This document shows positions 22,249 through 33,283 of a stretch of DNA of 64,000 nt, piece by piece; the stretch's first letter is position 1; each line of letters opens with the position of its first letter. The notes under the pieces were generated by a model. That model did no database searches. It saw nothing but the letters and a program-made list of their open reading frames with translations, and was not told the DNA's origin. Source of the DNA: Candidatus Cloacimonadales bacterium (lineage in GTDB: Bacteria > Cloacimonadota > Cloacimonadia > Cloacimonadales > DAONDQ01); NCBI GenBank assembly GCA_963662275.1, contig OY759316.1:2176001-2240000 (forward strand), in the 5' to 3' direction. A program made the translations under genes and the position numbers.

Positions 22249-23720
22249 GATCGCTCTTGATTATAAGTGCTTTGGGAATGATGATCTCCAGCCTTATTTG
22301 TGTTGAACCTCAAATCAATTTGCCGGATGTTATCATCACTGGCGAACATACGTTGAAAGCTGATTTACCTGTATATGATGTTAATCTCTCCCATTACACA
22401 CAAACTGATACAACCAAATCTTTTCAATATGCACCGGAATTATTGCCTTTTGAATTACGCGATCCAAAACAGCATAAACATGAACAATGCGGTTACTTGA
22501 ACGGTATGGGGGGAAACAAAAAACAGATATATTTTGATGGAATGTATCATTCATTATCCAATCCGCTGCTTAATTTTGCTGCTGATGGATTTCAATATCA
22601 TTTGACTGCTTTTTGGAATCAGACTTATGCCCGGTTTCAATGGTTACCGGAATTTAATTCTGTAAATTCACAAGTCGCTGTACAATCCATTTTTATAGAC
22701 ACACCTCTTTCAGACAGTCAAACAGAAATAACAGGAGCTTCTCTTGGTTTTAAACAAAGACTGGATGCTATGTTTCCCAAATTTATGAAAGAAACAGATG
22801 TGTCCATTACCTACGTCAATGGACAGGAAGATGCTCACAAATTAACTCGCATCCAAGATTATAACCTGTTTATGAAGACGCTTATTCCTGTTACTACGAA
22901 TGACTTGCTTAATATTCGTTATGAGAATTTGAATCAGCATCCCCAAGGCGTTTTAGGTGCTTATTCTGATAGAATAGTGCAATTTCAACGTCTTGGTCTT
23001 TGGTTGGGAGTTGATAAATTGCATCTATACCCAAGCTTGGATCTGCTTTATATGTACCCAATTAAGAGCCTATTTGATGTATACATCAGCAACGATCCAT
23101 ATCTCAGGAATGAGGATATCATTAGTGCTTTTCGGATCAATCCCTGGCAGCATATTAATTCACTGAGAAGAAGTTATATCCAGGAAAAAGCTATGCTCAA
23201 TACAACCGTTGGCTTTGAAATGCATTCAATATTCCATGTAGCTCTTTCCCAAAAGGTTCAATACCGCCAGGATCTGCCAATTTATGTAAATATTCCATAT
23301 ACTCTTTACGATCGGAAATTAGATGATTGCTTTCAACAAAGTACAAATTTCATTATCGGATATGGAATTGATAAATTTATCTTACAAAATTCATTGACAT
23401 ACAATCAGTATAAATGTAATAGTCTCGATATTAACTGGCTCCCCTATGCAGGTATTTGGAAAAATAAAGCCATCTTCACATATCAGTCTTTATGGGGTAC
23501 TACAGAATGTGATGTCAATTATGAAACGATAAGAAAAGATCATTTTGGTAAAATGCTGCCTGATTCTTTTCTTATCAATCTAAAACAAGATTTTCAAATT
23601 CGTAGGAATGTGAGTATCAATGTGAAAATATTTAATCTACTGGATAAGCATTATATCCAATTCGCCGAGATACCTTATCAACAGTTCAATTTTTGTATCG
23701 GGGGAACAGGTACTTTCTAA
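22245..23720 (+). CDS. Outer-membrane beta-barrel protein (TonB-dependent-receptor-like C-terminus)
   Basis: Signal peptide, 'LPDVIITG', 'NLLDKHY' and C-terminal Phe; overlaps the TPR gene (ATGA). Confidence 0.6.
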   Translation: MRSLLIISALGMMISSLICVEPQINLPDVIITGEHTLKADLPVYDVNLSHYTQTDTTKSFQYAPELLPFELRDPKQHKHEQCGYLNGMGGNKKQIYFDGMYHSLSNPLLNFAADGFQYHLTAFWNQTYARFQWLPEFNSVNSQVAVQSIFIDTPLSDSQTEITGASLGFKQRLDAMFPKFMKETDVSITYVNGQEDAHKLTRIQDYNLFMKTLIPVTTNDLLNIRYENLNQHPQGVLGAYSDRIVQFQRLGLWLGVDKLHLYPSLDLLYMYPIKSLFDVYISNDPYLRNEDIISAFRINPWQHINSLRRSYIQEKAMLNTTVGFEMHSIFHVALSQKVQYRQDLPIYVNIPYTLYDRKLDDCFQQSTNFIIGYGIDKFILQNSLTYNQYKCNSLDINWLPYAGIWKNKAIFTYQSLWGTTECDVNYETIRKDHFGKMLPDSFLINLKQDFQIRRNVSINVKIFNLLDKHYIQFAEIPYQQFNFCIGGTGTF

Positions 23721-24913
23721 TGAAAAAAATGATCCCATCTTTTGATTACTGGTTACTAGACCCGAATCTACAGGACATACTTCTAACTGCTGAACAAACC
23801 GCAGAATGGAATAAAGTAAACTTTAAACATGATCCTGTTTTCTGTGATTTGGTTTCTTTAAGTCCGGCAAAGGACAGGAGTGATATCAGGACTGCAATAG
23901 AAGAATGCGATACAAGTAAAATACTGAATTATTATGATACTGGGGGAAAGCTCTTTACGGAGCAGTTTGTCAGTAATATGCAAAAGCTCATCAATATCCC
24001 TCAGCCTGGTACTTCAGGTGCTAGGAAGTATGGGCTTGCCATTGAAAGATGTAATCTTCGCTCTTTCCCTACAAACGTCATCGCAATGAATGATGATTTA
24101 GACCCTGAAGTGGATCGTTTCCAGGAAAGTGCGATTTATCCCCTTGAACCAGTTGTAATTTTACATACAAGTTCAGATTCCAAATGGTATTTCATACAAA
24201 CCTATAACTATCGTGGATGGGTGCAGGTTTCTTCTGTGGATTCACTGGGGTATAATGATTTTGTTCAGTGCATTAAGGACTTTGGATTTTGGTATGTGAC
24301 GCAGGATTTTGTTACCTTACAGCTTAAAACTGCTGTCTCAACCTACCGCGAGATTCAAATGCCTATGGGGTCAAGAATTCCACGTTTTTTACTCGAGAAC
24401 AAATTAAGCTGGATGGTTATCAGATGTGATTTGAACCAGAAATGGCTGCGAACGAAACCATTGGAATGCTCCCTGGCAAATATCACTTATCTGGCAATGA
24501 TGTGTGTGGGACAACAGTATGATTGGGGTGGAAAAAAGGGATATCGTGACTGTTCTTCATTTATCACGGATATCTTTCGATGCCATGGTATTCAATTAGC
24601 CCGCAATGCCAATCAACAAGCAAACAGCCTCAGTAGCGTCGAATTCCACGTAAAAACAAATGAAGATCTTAATAATCTGAAGCCTGGATGTCTTATCTTT
24701 ATTACCGGACATGTGATGTTATACCTCGGGAAACATGATGATGAACATTACGTGGTTCATGCTGTCAAAGAGTTTTATACAATGGAAAATGGTGTTCTAG
24801 AGAAATCTCGCTTGACCGGAGTGCAGATTACGCCTTTGGATATTTTCATGAAGAATGGAGATAGCTATATTTCGAACATTTATGCCGTTTGCGAAATAAA
24901 ACCAATTGCTTAA
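23720..24913 (+). CDS. SH3 + NlpC/P60 cell-wall peptidase (YkfC-like)
   Basis: YDWGG..GYRDCSSFI catalytic Cys, GHVMLY His; SH3-like 'DRFQESA...WYFIQTYNYRGWV'. Start probably the ATG at 23720 (TAATG coupling) rather than 23693. Confidence 0.85.
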   Translation: MKKMIPSFDYWLLDPNLQDILLTAEQTAEWNKVNFKHDPVFCDLVSLSPAKDRSDIRTAIEECDTSKILNYYDTGGKLFTEQFVSNMQKLINIPQPGTSGARKYGLAIERCNLRSFPTNVIAMNDDLDPEVDRFQESAIYPLEPVVILHTSSDSKWYFIQTYNYRGWVQVSSVDSLGYNDFVQCIKDFGFWYVTQDFVTLQLKTAVSTYREIQMPMGSRIPRFLLENKLSWMVIRCDLNQKWLRTKPLECSLANITYLAMMCVGQQYDWGGKKGYRDCSSFITDIFRCHGIQLARNANQQANSLSSVEFHVKTNEDLNNLKPGCLIFITGHVMLYLGKHDDEHYVVHAVKEFYTMENGVLEKSRLTGVQITPLDIFMKNGDSYISNIYAVCEIKPIA

Positions 24914-24915
24914 CC

Positions 24916-25149
24916 GTAGAGACGACCAACCTGGGCGTCTTATTATGTTCAACCAATCATAAATAAGTAGAGACGACCGACCTGGGCGTCTAATTCTGTT
25001 CAACCAATCACAAATAAGTAGAGACGACCAACCTGGGCGTCTAATTCTGTTCAACCAATCACAAATAAGTAGAGACGCCCAACCTGGGCGTCTAATTCTG
25101 TTCAACCAATCATATATATCATGAGACGCCCAGGTTGGGCGTCTCTACT
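24916..25149. repeat. GTAG-REP array: four 51-bp tandem units plus one inverted REP
   Basis: Units start at 24916, 24967, 25018 and 25069 with gtagagacg(a/c)ccaacctgggcgtct; inverted copy at 25124-25148. Confidence 0.9.
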
Positions 25150-27010
25150 GAGACTGTTCATGAAGTTATTCATAATATTCAATAAGTTAGAAAGTAGCAA
25201 GTTGAAAAAAGTGGTCGAAACGGTCATAATTTAACATACCTTCCAGAATTGACAGATAAGCTCTGCTAAGGACACCAAATCACAAGTTAAGCTTTTTGAC
25301 TAAAATTGAAAAACACGCGATTATAAGTAATGTTTCGAAGCCGTTTCTGACTAAATGTGTAGTTAAAATCATATAAAATAGTTCTTTACAAGTTTTTTGC
25401 TATAGCTTCAATGGCATTTGTTACCTGGTAACAAAAGGGAGGATATTATGACAAAAAAACACTCCAATTCAAGAAGCGGTAAGTGTTAGTCATGAAAGTA
25501 ACCAATACCATGTAAGTATTAACGTACCATTTTCATTCACTTTGCCTGAGACAACATCAAACCACAAGTTCTTAATAGCGTTTCTACGCTTATTAGTAGG
25601 AATAGGCGGAGACAACCTCCTTACACTTCAGCAAATAGCTGATCTGTTTAACTACGCAGACCGCAGGAATGTACATAATTTCTGGCAAGAGTTTGAGCAG
25701 CATGGTCATGATATCCTGGCATATTTAAGCCGGAAAGTTGACCTGCTGGAGTGTATTCCTCAGATCGAGAATTTTGTTATCAATAACCTGCTTTTACCTT
25801 TAAATGTCATGTATCAGGAGTTCATCAGCCATCATGATTTTAAAATGTCCTATACCACTTTCTGCAAATATGCTTCTCAGGTCAATTCTCTGTCTGTAGT
25901 TAAGCAAGCTCAGAAGCTTCTTCTGAAAAAGACAGTAGGCGGTGATGCTGTACATCTGCTGAAACTGCTTGCCGGTCAGCAGAATACACCTGTTATCTGT
26001 GACAGACTCCTGGAACAAATGAAGACTGCTAAAGGCAATACATCCCATAGAACCGCCGATGCAAAGCCGTTCCATAGTCTGGAACGCAAGAACCTGTGTC
26101 TGCTGGTACATTACCTGGTTGGAAGCGGTATGAACTTCGAGACGATAGCTTTGCTGCTCAACACCTGTAAAGCTACAGTCTCAAATCTCTGGCATGAAAT
26201 CGCTGACCTGCAGAGCCTGATTCTGAACTCAATCGGTAAGTGGAGCGGAAAGATCAGCATTGATGAGAAATATGTGAAGATCAAAGGTATTCCGTACTAT
26301 GTCATCAGTATTGTTGATTTTGTGACTCACATCCCTCTGTTTTGTGAGTTGTATCCTGACACAAAGAAAGAATCATTCGAAGCATGTTTCAGAACCTTCA
26401 GACAGCTCTACAGGAAAGATCCAACCCTGATTGTCAGTGATGGCAGTAAATCGTTAGCAGTTGCAAGAAAAACAGTGTTTCCAAAAGTCCATTACCAACT
26501 CTGTAAGTTCCATAAGATACGAAATCTCTTCAAAAGAATCAGTCAATGTCATCTCCCTGAAGACAGGGACAAGTTCTTTAAGAAGAGGATTATGAAAGCT
26601 TTCCGAAGAGAAACGGCGGGCGGAAGGAAAAAGGGTATCGCAAGCCTGACAGCTATTACTCCCCCAACCGCCGCCGAATACATCAAAAGCAATATCATTA
26701 GTGATTGGAGACACCTCAGCAAAGGTTTGACTTCCAATGTCTCTGAACGCTGGAACCGCAAAATCAAGAAGGTGACATCCGGTAGATTTGGACTAAAATC
26801 TGAAGAAACCACCCGCAACCTTGTGTTTTCGCTTTGGTTCAAAGAACTGGTCGATAAAGGTCAACCAATCATGCGTCAGGAATCACTTTTAGCAAGTTTA
26901 AATATCTCCCGCATATGTCAAGAAAATGTGGATTGGTCGCACTTAGACCACTTTTTCTCTGTCACTACCAATAAGGCTGCGTAAAATGGAGGTTAATTTT
27001 GAACAGTCTC
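25150..27010 (+). mobile_element. Insertion sequence, Mutator-like/IS256 superfamily, copy 1 (1861 bp)
   Basis: Terminal inverted repeats gagactgttca / tgaacagtctc; 8-bp duplication tctctact at 25142-25149 and 27011-27018. Confidence 0.92.
25542..26984 (+). CDS. DDE transposase (Mutator-like)
   Basis: IDEKY (D1), VSDG (D2), CKFH (CxxH), TSNVSERWN (E). True start may be the out-of-frame ATG at 25448. Confidence 0.9.
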   Translation: MPETTSNHKFLIAFLRLLVGIGGDNLLTLQQIADLFNYADRRNVHNFWQEFEQHGHDILAYLSRKVDLLECIPQIENFVINNLLLPLNVMYQEFISHHDFKMSYTTFCKYASQVNSLSVVKQAQKLLLKKTVGGDAVHLLKLLAGQQNTPVICDRLLEQMKTAKGNTSHRTADAKPFHSLERKNLCLLVHYLVGSGMNFETIALLLNTCKATVSNLWHEIADLQSLILNSIGKWSGKISIDEKYVKIKGIPYYVISIVDFVTHIPLFCELYPDTKKESFEACFRTFRQLYRKDPTLIVSDGSKSLAVARKTVFPKVHYQLCKFHKIRNLFKRISQCHLPEDRDKFFKKRIMKAFRRETAGGRKKGIASLTAITPPTAAEYIKSNIISDWRHLSKGLTSNVSERWNRKIKKVTSGRFGLKSEETTRNLVFSLWFKELVDKGQPIMRQESLLASLNISRICQENVDWSHLDHFFSVTTNKAA

Positions 27011-28883
27011 TCTCTACTTATTCATAATTTCTGCAACTCTTTCCTTGACTTAAGAAACTTTAATCTTATTAGTGAAAATGTTAATATTGAAATGGACTCA
27101 GTAAGGGGAGCAGATGAAACCATATGTATTGATTATCATTTTATTACTTACAATCAGCCAACTGATGGGATTAGGTGCCTTCAACAGTTTTAACCAAAGA
27201 AACCACCCTGAGTTAAACTGGAAGAGCATTAAAACTCTGAATTGCCAGATTATCTATCATGATCCGCTAGAACCACAGGCGCACCAGGCTGCTGAGATTG
27301 CTCAGAATACCTTTAATACTTTAGTGAAGACCTATCAAATGACCCCTTCCAGAACCTGTATCATCTACATATCTGACCAGGATAATATCGCCAACGGAGC
27401 CGCAGCTTTATCTCAATACATCTTTATCTGGGTCAATCAGAATGACTACACTACGATGTTTACCGGTAATGATAAATGGCTGAGAAAGGTCATTTCCCAT
27501 GAGTTATCACACTGGTTTGTAGCGAATTCCATCGAAAAGTGGCTCACAAAGCTGGTGCTCATATATCCTAGCTTCCCTCATCCCATGAATGAAGGCTATG
27601 CCCAGTATTTCAGTGGTGAACCATGGGGATACAACCGCGGGGATAAAACATTGAAAGCATCTATCCTTTCTGCGAAAAACGGTATTCCTTCTCCTCAATT
27701 TGAGGGTAATTTGTTTTACGCCGAAGGCTTTTCCAAAGTCCGCTACCTGGCAGCGATGTATGGAGAAGATTCTCTCATTAAACTGCTGCAATATCGTAAT
27801 AAATCCCCGTTCTATAGTTTTAAATCAGCCTTCTCGAAAGTTTATAAGAAGGATTTTAGTACGTTTGAAGAAGAATGGCGACGTTACATCTACACTTATT
27901 ATTATGGACAAGTCTATGAACAAAAGTCCATCATTGCCGATACATCTTCAGCGGGTAATATCAACGATTTTACTCCTCTAAAAACAGACTATTACCAATT
28001 TACCGGAATGGATTGGAAACGCAATGCATTGCTTTATACTGCTAAAAAAACCGTTAATCAGAACTACCTGGATTTGATGCTTGCAGATGTTGTATCCGAT
28101 AGTCTTAAGCATGGTAAACTCAAACTGAAGAATACACGAAATATCTTGAAAAATGGCAACTTCACGAAGATATCTCTCAGTGATAATGGCAGATGGGCAG
28201 CTTGGGCATCCTACACGAGGCATAAGAATGGACGGCTGGCTCCCCGGCTATATCGCTATGATGTTCAAAAGCATAAATTAAAACACTTTGGAGAAGGGAA
28301 CTACCCGGAAATAGACAGTACAGGTGGAATCTATTATCAGAAATTGGGAAAAGACGGCAACAATATCTGGTACATCACACCAGGTAACACTTCGACGAAA
28401 GTACATTCCATCAGCTTTGATGAGCAAATTGGGAACATGTCCCTCTCCCCCGATGGCAGCAAACTGGCATACACAGTTTTTGATGGTTCAAAACAGTTTA
28501 ATATCACGATCCTGGATGTGAGAACTCTGACTGTACAGGAAACGTTATCCTTAACAGGTATGGCTCAGTCCATGAAATGGAATAATAATGATGAATTGCT
28601 TTACACTGTTGAAAACCCTGTGAACTTCTGCCTGGAAATTGTAAAATACAACATTCCCGAGCATTCCACTGTGACTTATATTGATCAGGCTTACAATTCT
28701 ATTCCCATCAAAATGATCGGTGATACCCTGTATGTCATGGCAGAATACAATAAAGGGGCAAAGATACCCGGCTCATTCGTACCACAGAGTAGTAAGCTTC
28801 CTGCCAGGTCTTTCACAGAAAACTACTATAATAAATGGGTAAAAGTCAAGCCATTGTTTAGTATTCCTGATTCCACCGGTAAT

Positions 28884-30744
28884 GAGACTGTTCAAAATTA
28901 ACCTCCATTTTACGCAGCCTTATTGGTAGTGACAGAGAAAAAGTGGTCTAAGTGCGACCAATCCACATTTTCTTGACATATGCGGGAGATATTTAAACTT
29001 GCTAAAAGTGATTCCTGACGCATGATTGGTTGACCTTTATCGACCAGTTCTTTGAACCAAAGCGAAAACACAAGGTTGCGGGTGGTTTCTTCAGATTTTA
29101 GTCCAAATCTACCGGATGTCACCTTCTTGATTTTGCGGTTCCAGCGTTCAGAGACATTGGAAGTCAAACCTTTGCTGAGGTGTCTCCAATCACTAATGAT
29201 ATTGCTTTTGATGTATTCGGCGGCGGTTGGGGGAGTAATAGCTGTCAGGCTTGCGATACCCTTTTTCCTTCCGCCCGCCGTTTCTCTTCGGAAAGCTTTC
29301 ATAATCCTCTTCTTAAAGAACTTGTCCCTGTCTTCAGGGAGATGACATTGACTGATTCTTTTGAAGAGATTTCGTATCTTATGGAACTTACAGAGTTGGT
29401 AATGGACTTTTGGAAACACTGTTTTTCTTGCAACTGCTAACGATTTACTGCCATCACTGACAATCAGGGTTGGATCTTTCCTGTAGAGCTGTCTGAAGGT
29501 TCTGAAACATGCTTCGAATGATTCTTTCTTTGTGTCAGGATACAACTCACAAAACAGAGGGATGTGAGTCACAAAATCAACAATACTGATGACATAGTAC
29601 GGAATACCTTTGATCTTCACATATTTCTCATCAATGCTGATCTTTCCGCTCCACTTACCGATTGAGTTCAGAATCAGGCTCTGCAGGTCAGCGATTTCAT
29701 GCCAGAGATTTGAGACTGTAGCTTTACAGGTGTTGAGCAGCAAAGCTATCGTCTCGAAGTTCATACCGCTTCCAACCAGGTAATGTACCAGCAGACACAG
29801 GTTCTTGCGTTCCAGACTATGGAACGGCTTTGCATCGGCGGTTCTATGGGATGTATTGCCTTTAGCAGTCTTCATTTGTTCCAGGAGTCTGTCACAGATA
29901 ACAGGTGTATTCTGCTGACCGGCAAGCAGTTTCAGCAGATGTACAGCATCACCGCCTACTGTCTTTTTCAGAAGAAGCTTCTGAGCTTGCTTAACTACAG
30001 ACAGAGAATTGACCTGAGAAGCATATTTGCAGAAAGTGGTATAGGACATTTTAAAATCATGATGGCTGATGAACTCCTGATACATGACATTTAAAGGTAA
30101 AAGCAGGTTATTGATAACAAAATTCTCGATCTGAGGAATACACTCCAGCAGGTCAACTTTCCGGCTTAAATATGCCAGGATATCATGACCATGCTGCTCA
30201 AACTCTTGCCAGAAATTATGTACATTCCTGCGGTCTGCGTAGTTAAACAGATCAGCTATTTGCTGAAGTGTAAGGAGGTTGTCTCCGCCTATTCCTACTA
30301 ATAAGCGTAGAAACGCTATTAAGAACTTGTGGTTTGATGTTGTCTCAGGCAAAGTGAATGAAAATGGTACGTTAATACTTACATGGTATTGGTTACTTTC
30401 ATGACTAACACTTACCGCTTCTTGAATTGGAGTGTTTTTTTGTCATAATATCCTCCCTTTTGTTACCAGGTAACAAATGCCATTGAAGCTATAGCAAAAA
30501 ACTTGTAAAGAACTATTTTATATGATTTTAACTACACATTTAGTCAGAAACGGCTTCGAAACATTACTTATAATCGCGTGTTTTTCAATTTTAGTCAAAA
30601 AGCTTAACTTGTGATTTGGTGTCCTTAGCAGAGCTTATCTGTCAATTCTGGAAGGTATGTTAAATTATGACCGTTTCGACCACTTTTTTCAACTTGCTAC
30701 TTTCTAACTTATTGAATATTATGAATAACTTCATGAACAGTCTC
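28884..30744 (-). mobile_element. Insertion sequence copy 2 (1861 bp, inverted relative to copy 1)
   Basis: Same terminal inverted repeats; 8-bp duplication ccggtaat at 28876-28883 and 30745-30752. Confidence 0.92.
28910..30352 (-). CDS. DDE transposase, protein identical to 25542..26984
   Basis: Same 480-aa translation in the ORF track. Confidence 0.9.
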   Translation of the reverse strand: MPETTSNHKFLIAFLRLLVGIGGDNLLTLQQIADLFNYADRRNVHNFWQEFEQHGHDILAYLSRKVDLLECIPQIENFVINNLLLPLNVMYQEFISHHDFKMSYTTFCKYASQVNSLSVVKQAQKLLLKKTVGGDAVHLLKLLAGQQNTPVICDRLLEQMKTAKGNTSHRTADAKPFHSLERKNLCLLVHYLVGSGMNFETIALLLNTCKATVSNLWHEIADLQSLILNSIGKWSGKISIDEKYVKIKGIPYYVISIVDFVTHIPLFCELYPDTKKESFEACFRTFRQLYRKDPTLIVSDGSKSLAVARKTVFPKVHYQLCKFHKIRNLFKRISQCHLPEDRDKFFKKRIMKAFRRETAGGRKKGIASLTAITPPTAAEYIKSNIISDWRHLSKGLTSNVSERWNRKIKKVTSGRFGLKSEETTRNLVFSLWFKELVDKGQPIMRQESLLASLNISRICQENVDWSHLDHFFSVTTNKAA

Positions 30745-32114
30745 CCGGTAATATTTCGATTTCAAAGGCTGAGAGGTATGTCTCATGGCGAAACATAAAA
30801 TGGAGAATGGGCTTTGCTTTGCCAACATACAGTTTTGCTACGGGTGGCTTCATATTATCTGAGGCATTGGGCAAACACATTTTAGGTGGATTTGCGGTAG
30901 TACCATACGATAGGAATGACCGTGCCTGGGGATTTGTCATGTATGAAAACAAGACACTTTCACCGACTTTGGATTTGACATATATGCGAGACCAGTGGTT
31001 CTCTGGCTTAGGCAAAGATAAGGTTTATTACCAGAATGTAGACCAGGTAACCGGTAAGATCAGCTTCCCCTTCAACTTCACACGTCCTTTCTATACTTTC
31101 AAGCTTAACATGGATATAAGTTATTCCGATGTAAAGAACGCTAATGATAATCCTATTTTCGACAACAAAGGCTATGCTTCGTTTGGAGCTATGACAGGAT
31201 ATGGCTATAACCTGCCCTGGAAAAACGCAGCTTTGCATCCGGTGCGAGCTTGGAATGCCGACTATGTCCTGCAAATGGCATCCAAAGCAATAGGTATGAA
31301 TACTGACTTTAATCAGCATGCTTTCTCAGCCGGATTTGCCTATGCGCCTTGGCTATTCTCTATGAATAGTGAAATCATCCGCAGCATGACTCTTAAGAAT
31401 CAGACAAATTACGAGCTAGTCAATGGAGACCAGTTACAACAATTCCTCCCGGGTGTAAACAAGTATGATATTGTGCAAAGCAACAATAAACCTGCGTTCA
31501 AGAGATACTTCATGCGAGGGTATGAAGAGAATTATTTGTGCAAGAAAATACTAAATGTTCAAAATGAAGTTAATCTCAAACTCATGGATGATATGAAGCT
31601 AAATGCTGTTAATGATATGCTGTCAGTTCACTTTGTTGAATTTTCGTTATGGTTTGACCATACAGAACTGCATAATGTGCTCTATTCAAATACAACAAAA
31701 AGAACCTATAATGCGAATGGTTTTGAGTTCCGTACGGAAACGAATTTTCTGTTCGTACCTGCGATATTGAAATACGGCATCGCCTATGATATGAGCTTCG
31801 ATAAGCTGTCCGACTATTTCTTGATCGAGATACCCTTCCTGCAGATGATGCAGACTGTGCAGTAACATAGAATGGTATTCTGTTGTATGAGGGGATTGGT
31901 AATCCCCGATCCAGGTAGTCTTCTTTCTATTCCGTAGGAATATTCTGACCATAACACTTGGGCGTAAGCCCGGTCTGAGAGCTAAGATAAACACACCCTC
32001 TTCTTCAAATATACACTCTGCAGAATATACGCACTGGGTGCATTTTGCCACCTCACGGGATGAGGCGTTCCTCTGCCAATTCTTTAAGAAATAAAGACAC
32101 CGCTTTTCGACATA

Positions 32115-32855
32115 TTATTTTATCTGCACCACATTTTTTAGCAAATCATGTTGATATGCATAGATAAGTGCCCCGATAATCAGTAGAATTACTGCAAAGA
32201 TCAGGTTCAGTGTCATGCACCAAATCCCTTTCAGAATATCGACAAACCGGATTTTCTTATCATAGAATGACCGGATATAATAGGAAATGATAATTAAAAA
32301 CATAACCGGTAATTTCAAATCCGGGAATTTGTAAAATGTAACCAAATTGAATACCGCTGAAATGAAAAATGACATCCCAATGATATAGAAATTGAGGAAG
32401 AAATGCTCAGCAAGATTGAATTTTCTGCTTCTAAATACTAGGTAATTTCCAAGGGCGGAAACAGTGGTAAAGATAAAGATTATGGGACGTGTGTACTGCT
32501 CGATGTTAATAGGGGAACTAGCTCCATTGATCATTATTGTCCCGGGTTCATCTGTTCCGACATCTCCAACGAGAAGGGAAATGATGCCCTTAAAAATAAG
32601 GATGAATAGAAAAAACTGCACCGCTCCGGTATAGCCGACTCTTTTCCCTGCCAGGTAGTTTTCCACCATTTTCTTGGGATTCAAAAGCAGGGATTTTATA
32701 GTGAAAAGCATCCCTTTATGGAAAGTAAAGTTATTGAAGATAAATTCCTGCGTACAAAAAGCCCAATCAATCCTCTTTATGGAAGTGCACTGTCCGCAAT
32801 GAGCACAATATTGATCAGTCGTTTCGGAGTTACAATTCTTGCATAAATTACTCAT
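32115..32855 (-). CDS. Zinc-ribbon membrane protein (DUF3667-like)
   Basis: N-terminal CKNC...YCAHCGQ, 'P..MV.NYL.GKRV.Y' motif, several TM helices. Confidence 0.8.
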   Translation of the reverse strand: MSNLCKNCNSETTDQYCAHCGQCTSIKRIDWAFCTQEFIFNNFTFHKGMLFTIKSLLLNPKKMVENYLAGKRVGYTGAVQFFLFILIFKGIISLLVGDVGTDEPGTIMINGASSPINIEQYTRPIIFIFTTVSALGNYLVFRSRKFNLAEHFFLNFYIIGMSFFISAVFNLVTFYKFPDLKLPVMFLIIISYYIRSFYDKKIRFVDILKGIWCMTLNLIFAVILLIIGALIYAYQHDLLKNVVQIK

Positions 32856-33283
32856 GAATACCTCATTGAAAGAAGGTTTTAGGTGCCAGGTACTAGGTGT
32901 TCGGTTTCAGAGAATATAAATAACAATATTAGAAAGAGGTCAATAAATTTCTGTTATGCACAAGTCTCTAACCTCTAGTATCTATCTACTTCTACACATT
33001 GCATCCTCGACCTGATCGGGGATCCATCTTTTCTGCACTGCTCTAACCTATATCCATATCCTATGCAGGGAGTCTTTTCAGTTTTATATGGATAAAGCAG
33101 GGAAGTTCAGATGCGACCTTTCAACATCAGTAGTGAAAACCCCTTTTCTGGAAAGTTCGAAAGACGGGTTTACTACCGCAAACCCGTATTGCAGCAATTC
33201 CATCAGGGGCAATCTCACTTTTACCCTTTGAGGCGATGATCACTCTCTTCTCAATTCTTCAATGCGTATCACCTGTTCTGATT

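Larger units (their letters stand above)
27114..31865 (+). pseudogene. IS-disrupted ~960-aa exported protein: gluzincin-like (HExxH) domain, beta-propeller and probable outer-membrane barrel
   Basis: HELSH...EGYAQY and LSPDGSKLAY repeats. Removing 28884-30752 joins ...DSTGN to ISISKAERYVSWRNIKWRMGFALP in frame with ORF 30807..31865. Confidence 0.85.

Noticed and set aside
24797..25105. Repetitive 102-aa ORF (RIRRPGWSSLLICDWLN)
   Set aside because: Translation artefact of the 51-bp REP tandem.
24916..25149. CRISPR array
   Set aside because: The sequences between palindromes are near-identical rather than unique spacers, the last unit is inverted, and there are no cas genes; it is a REP array.
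25150..30744. Composite transposon
   Set aside because: Each IS has its own distinct target duplication and the outer flanks do not match.
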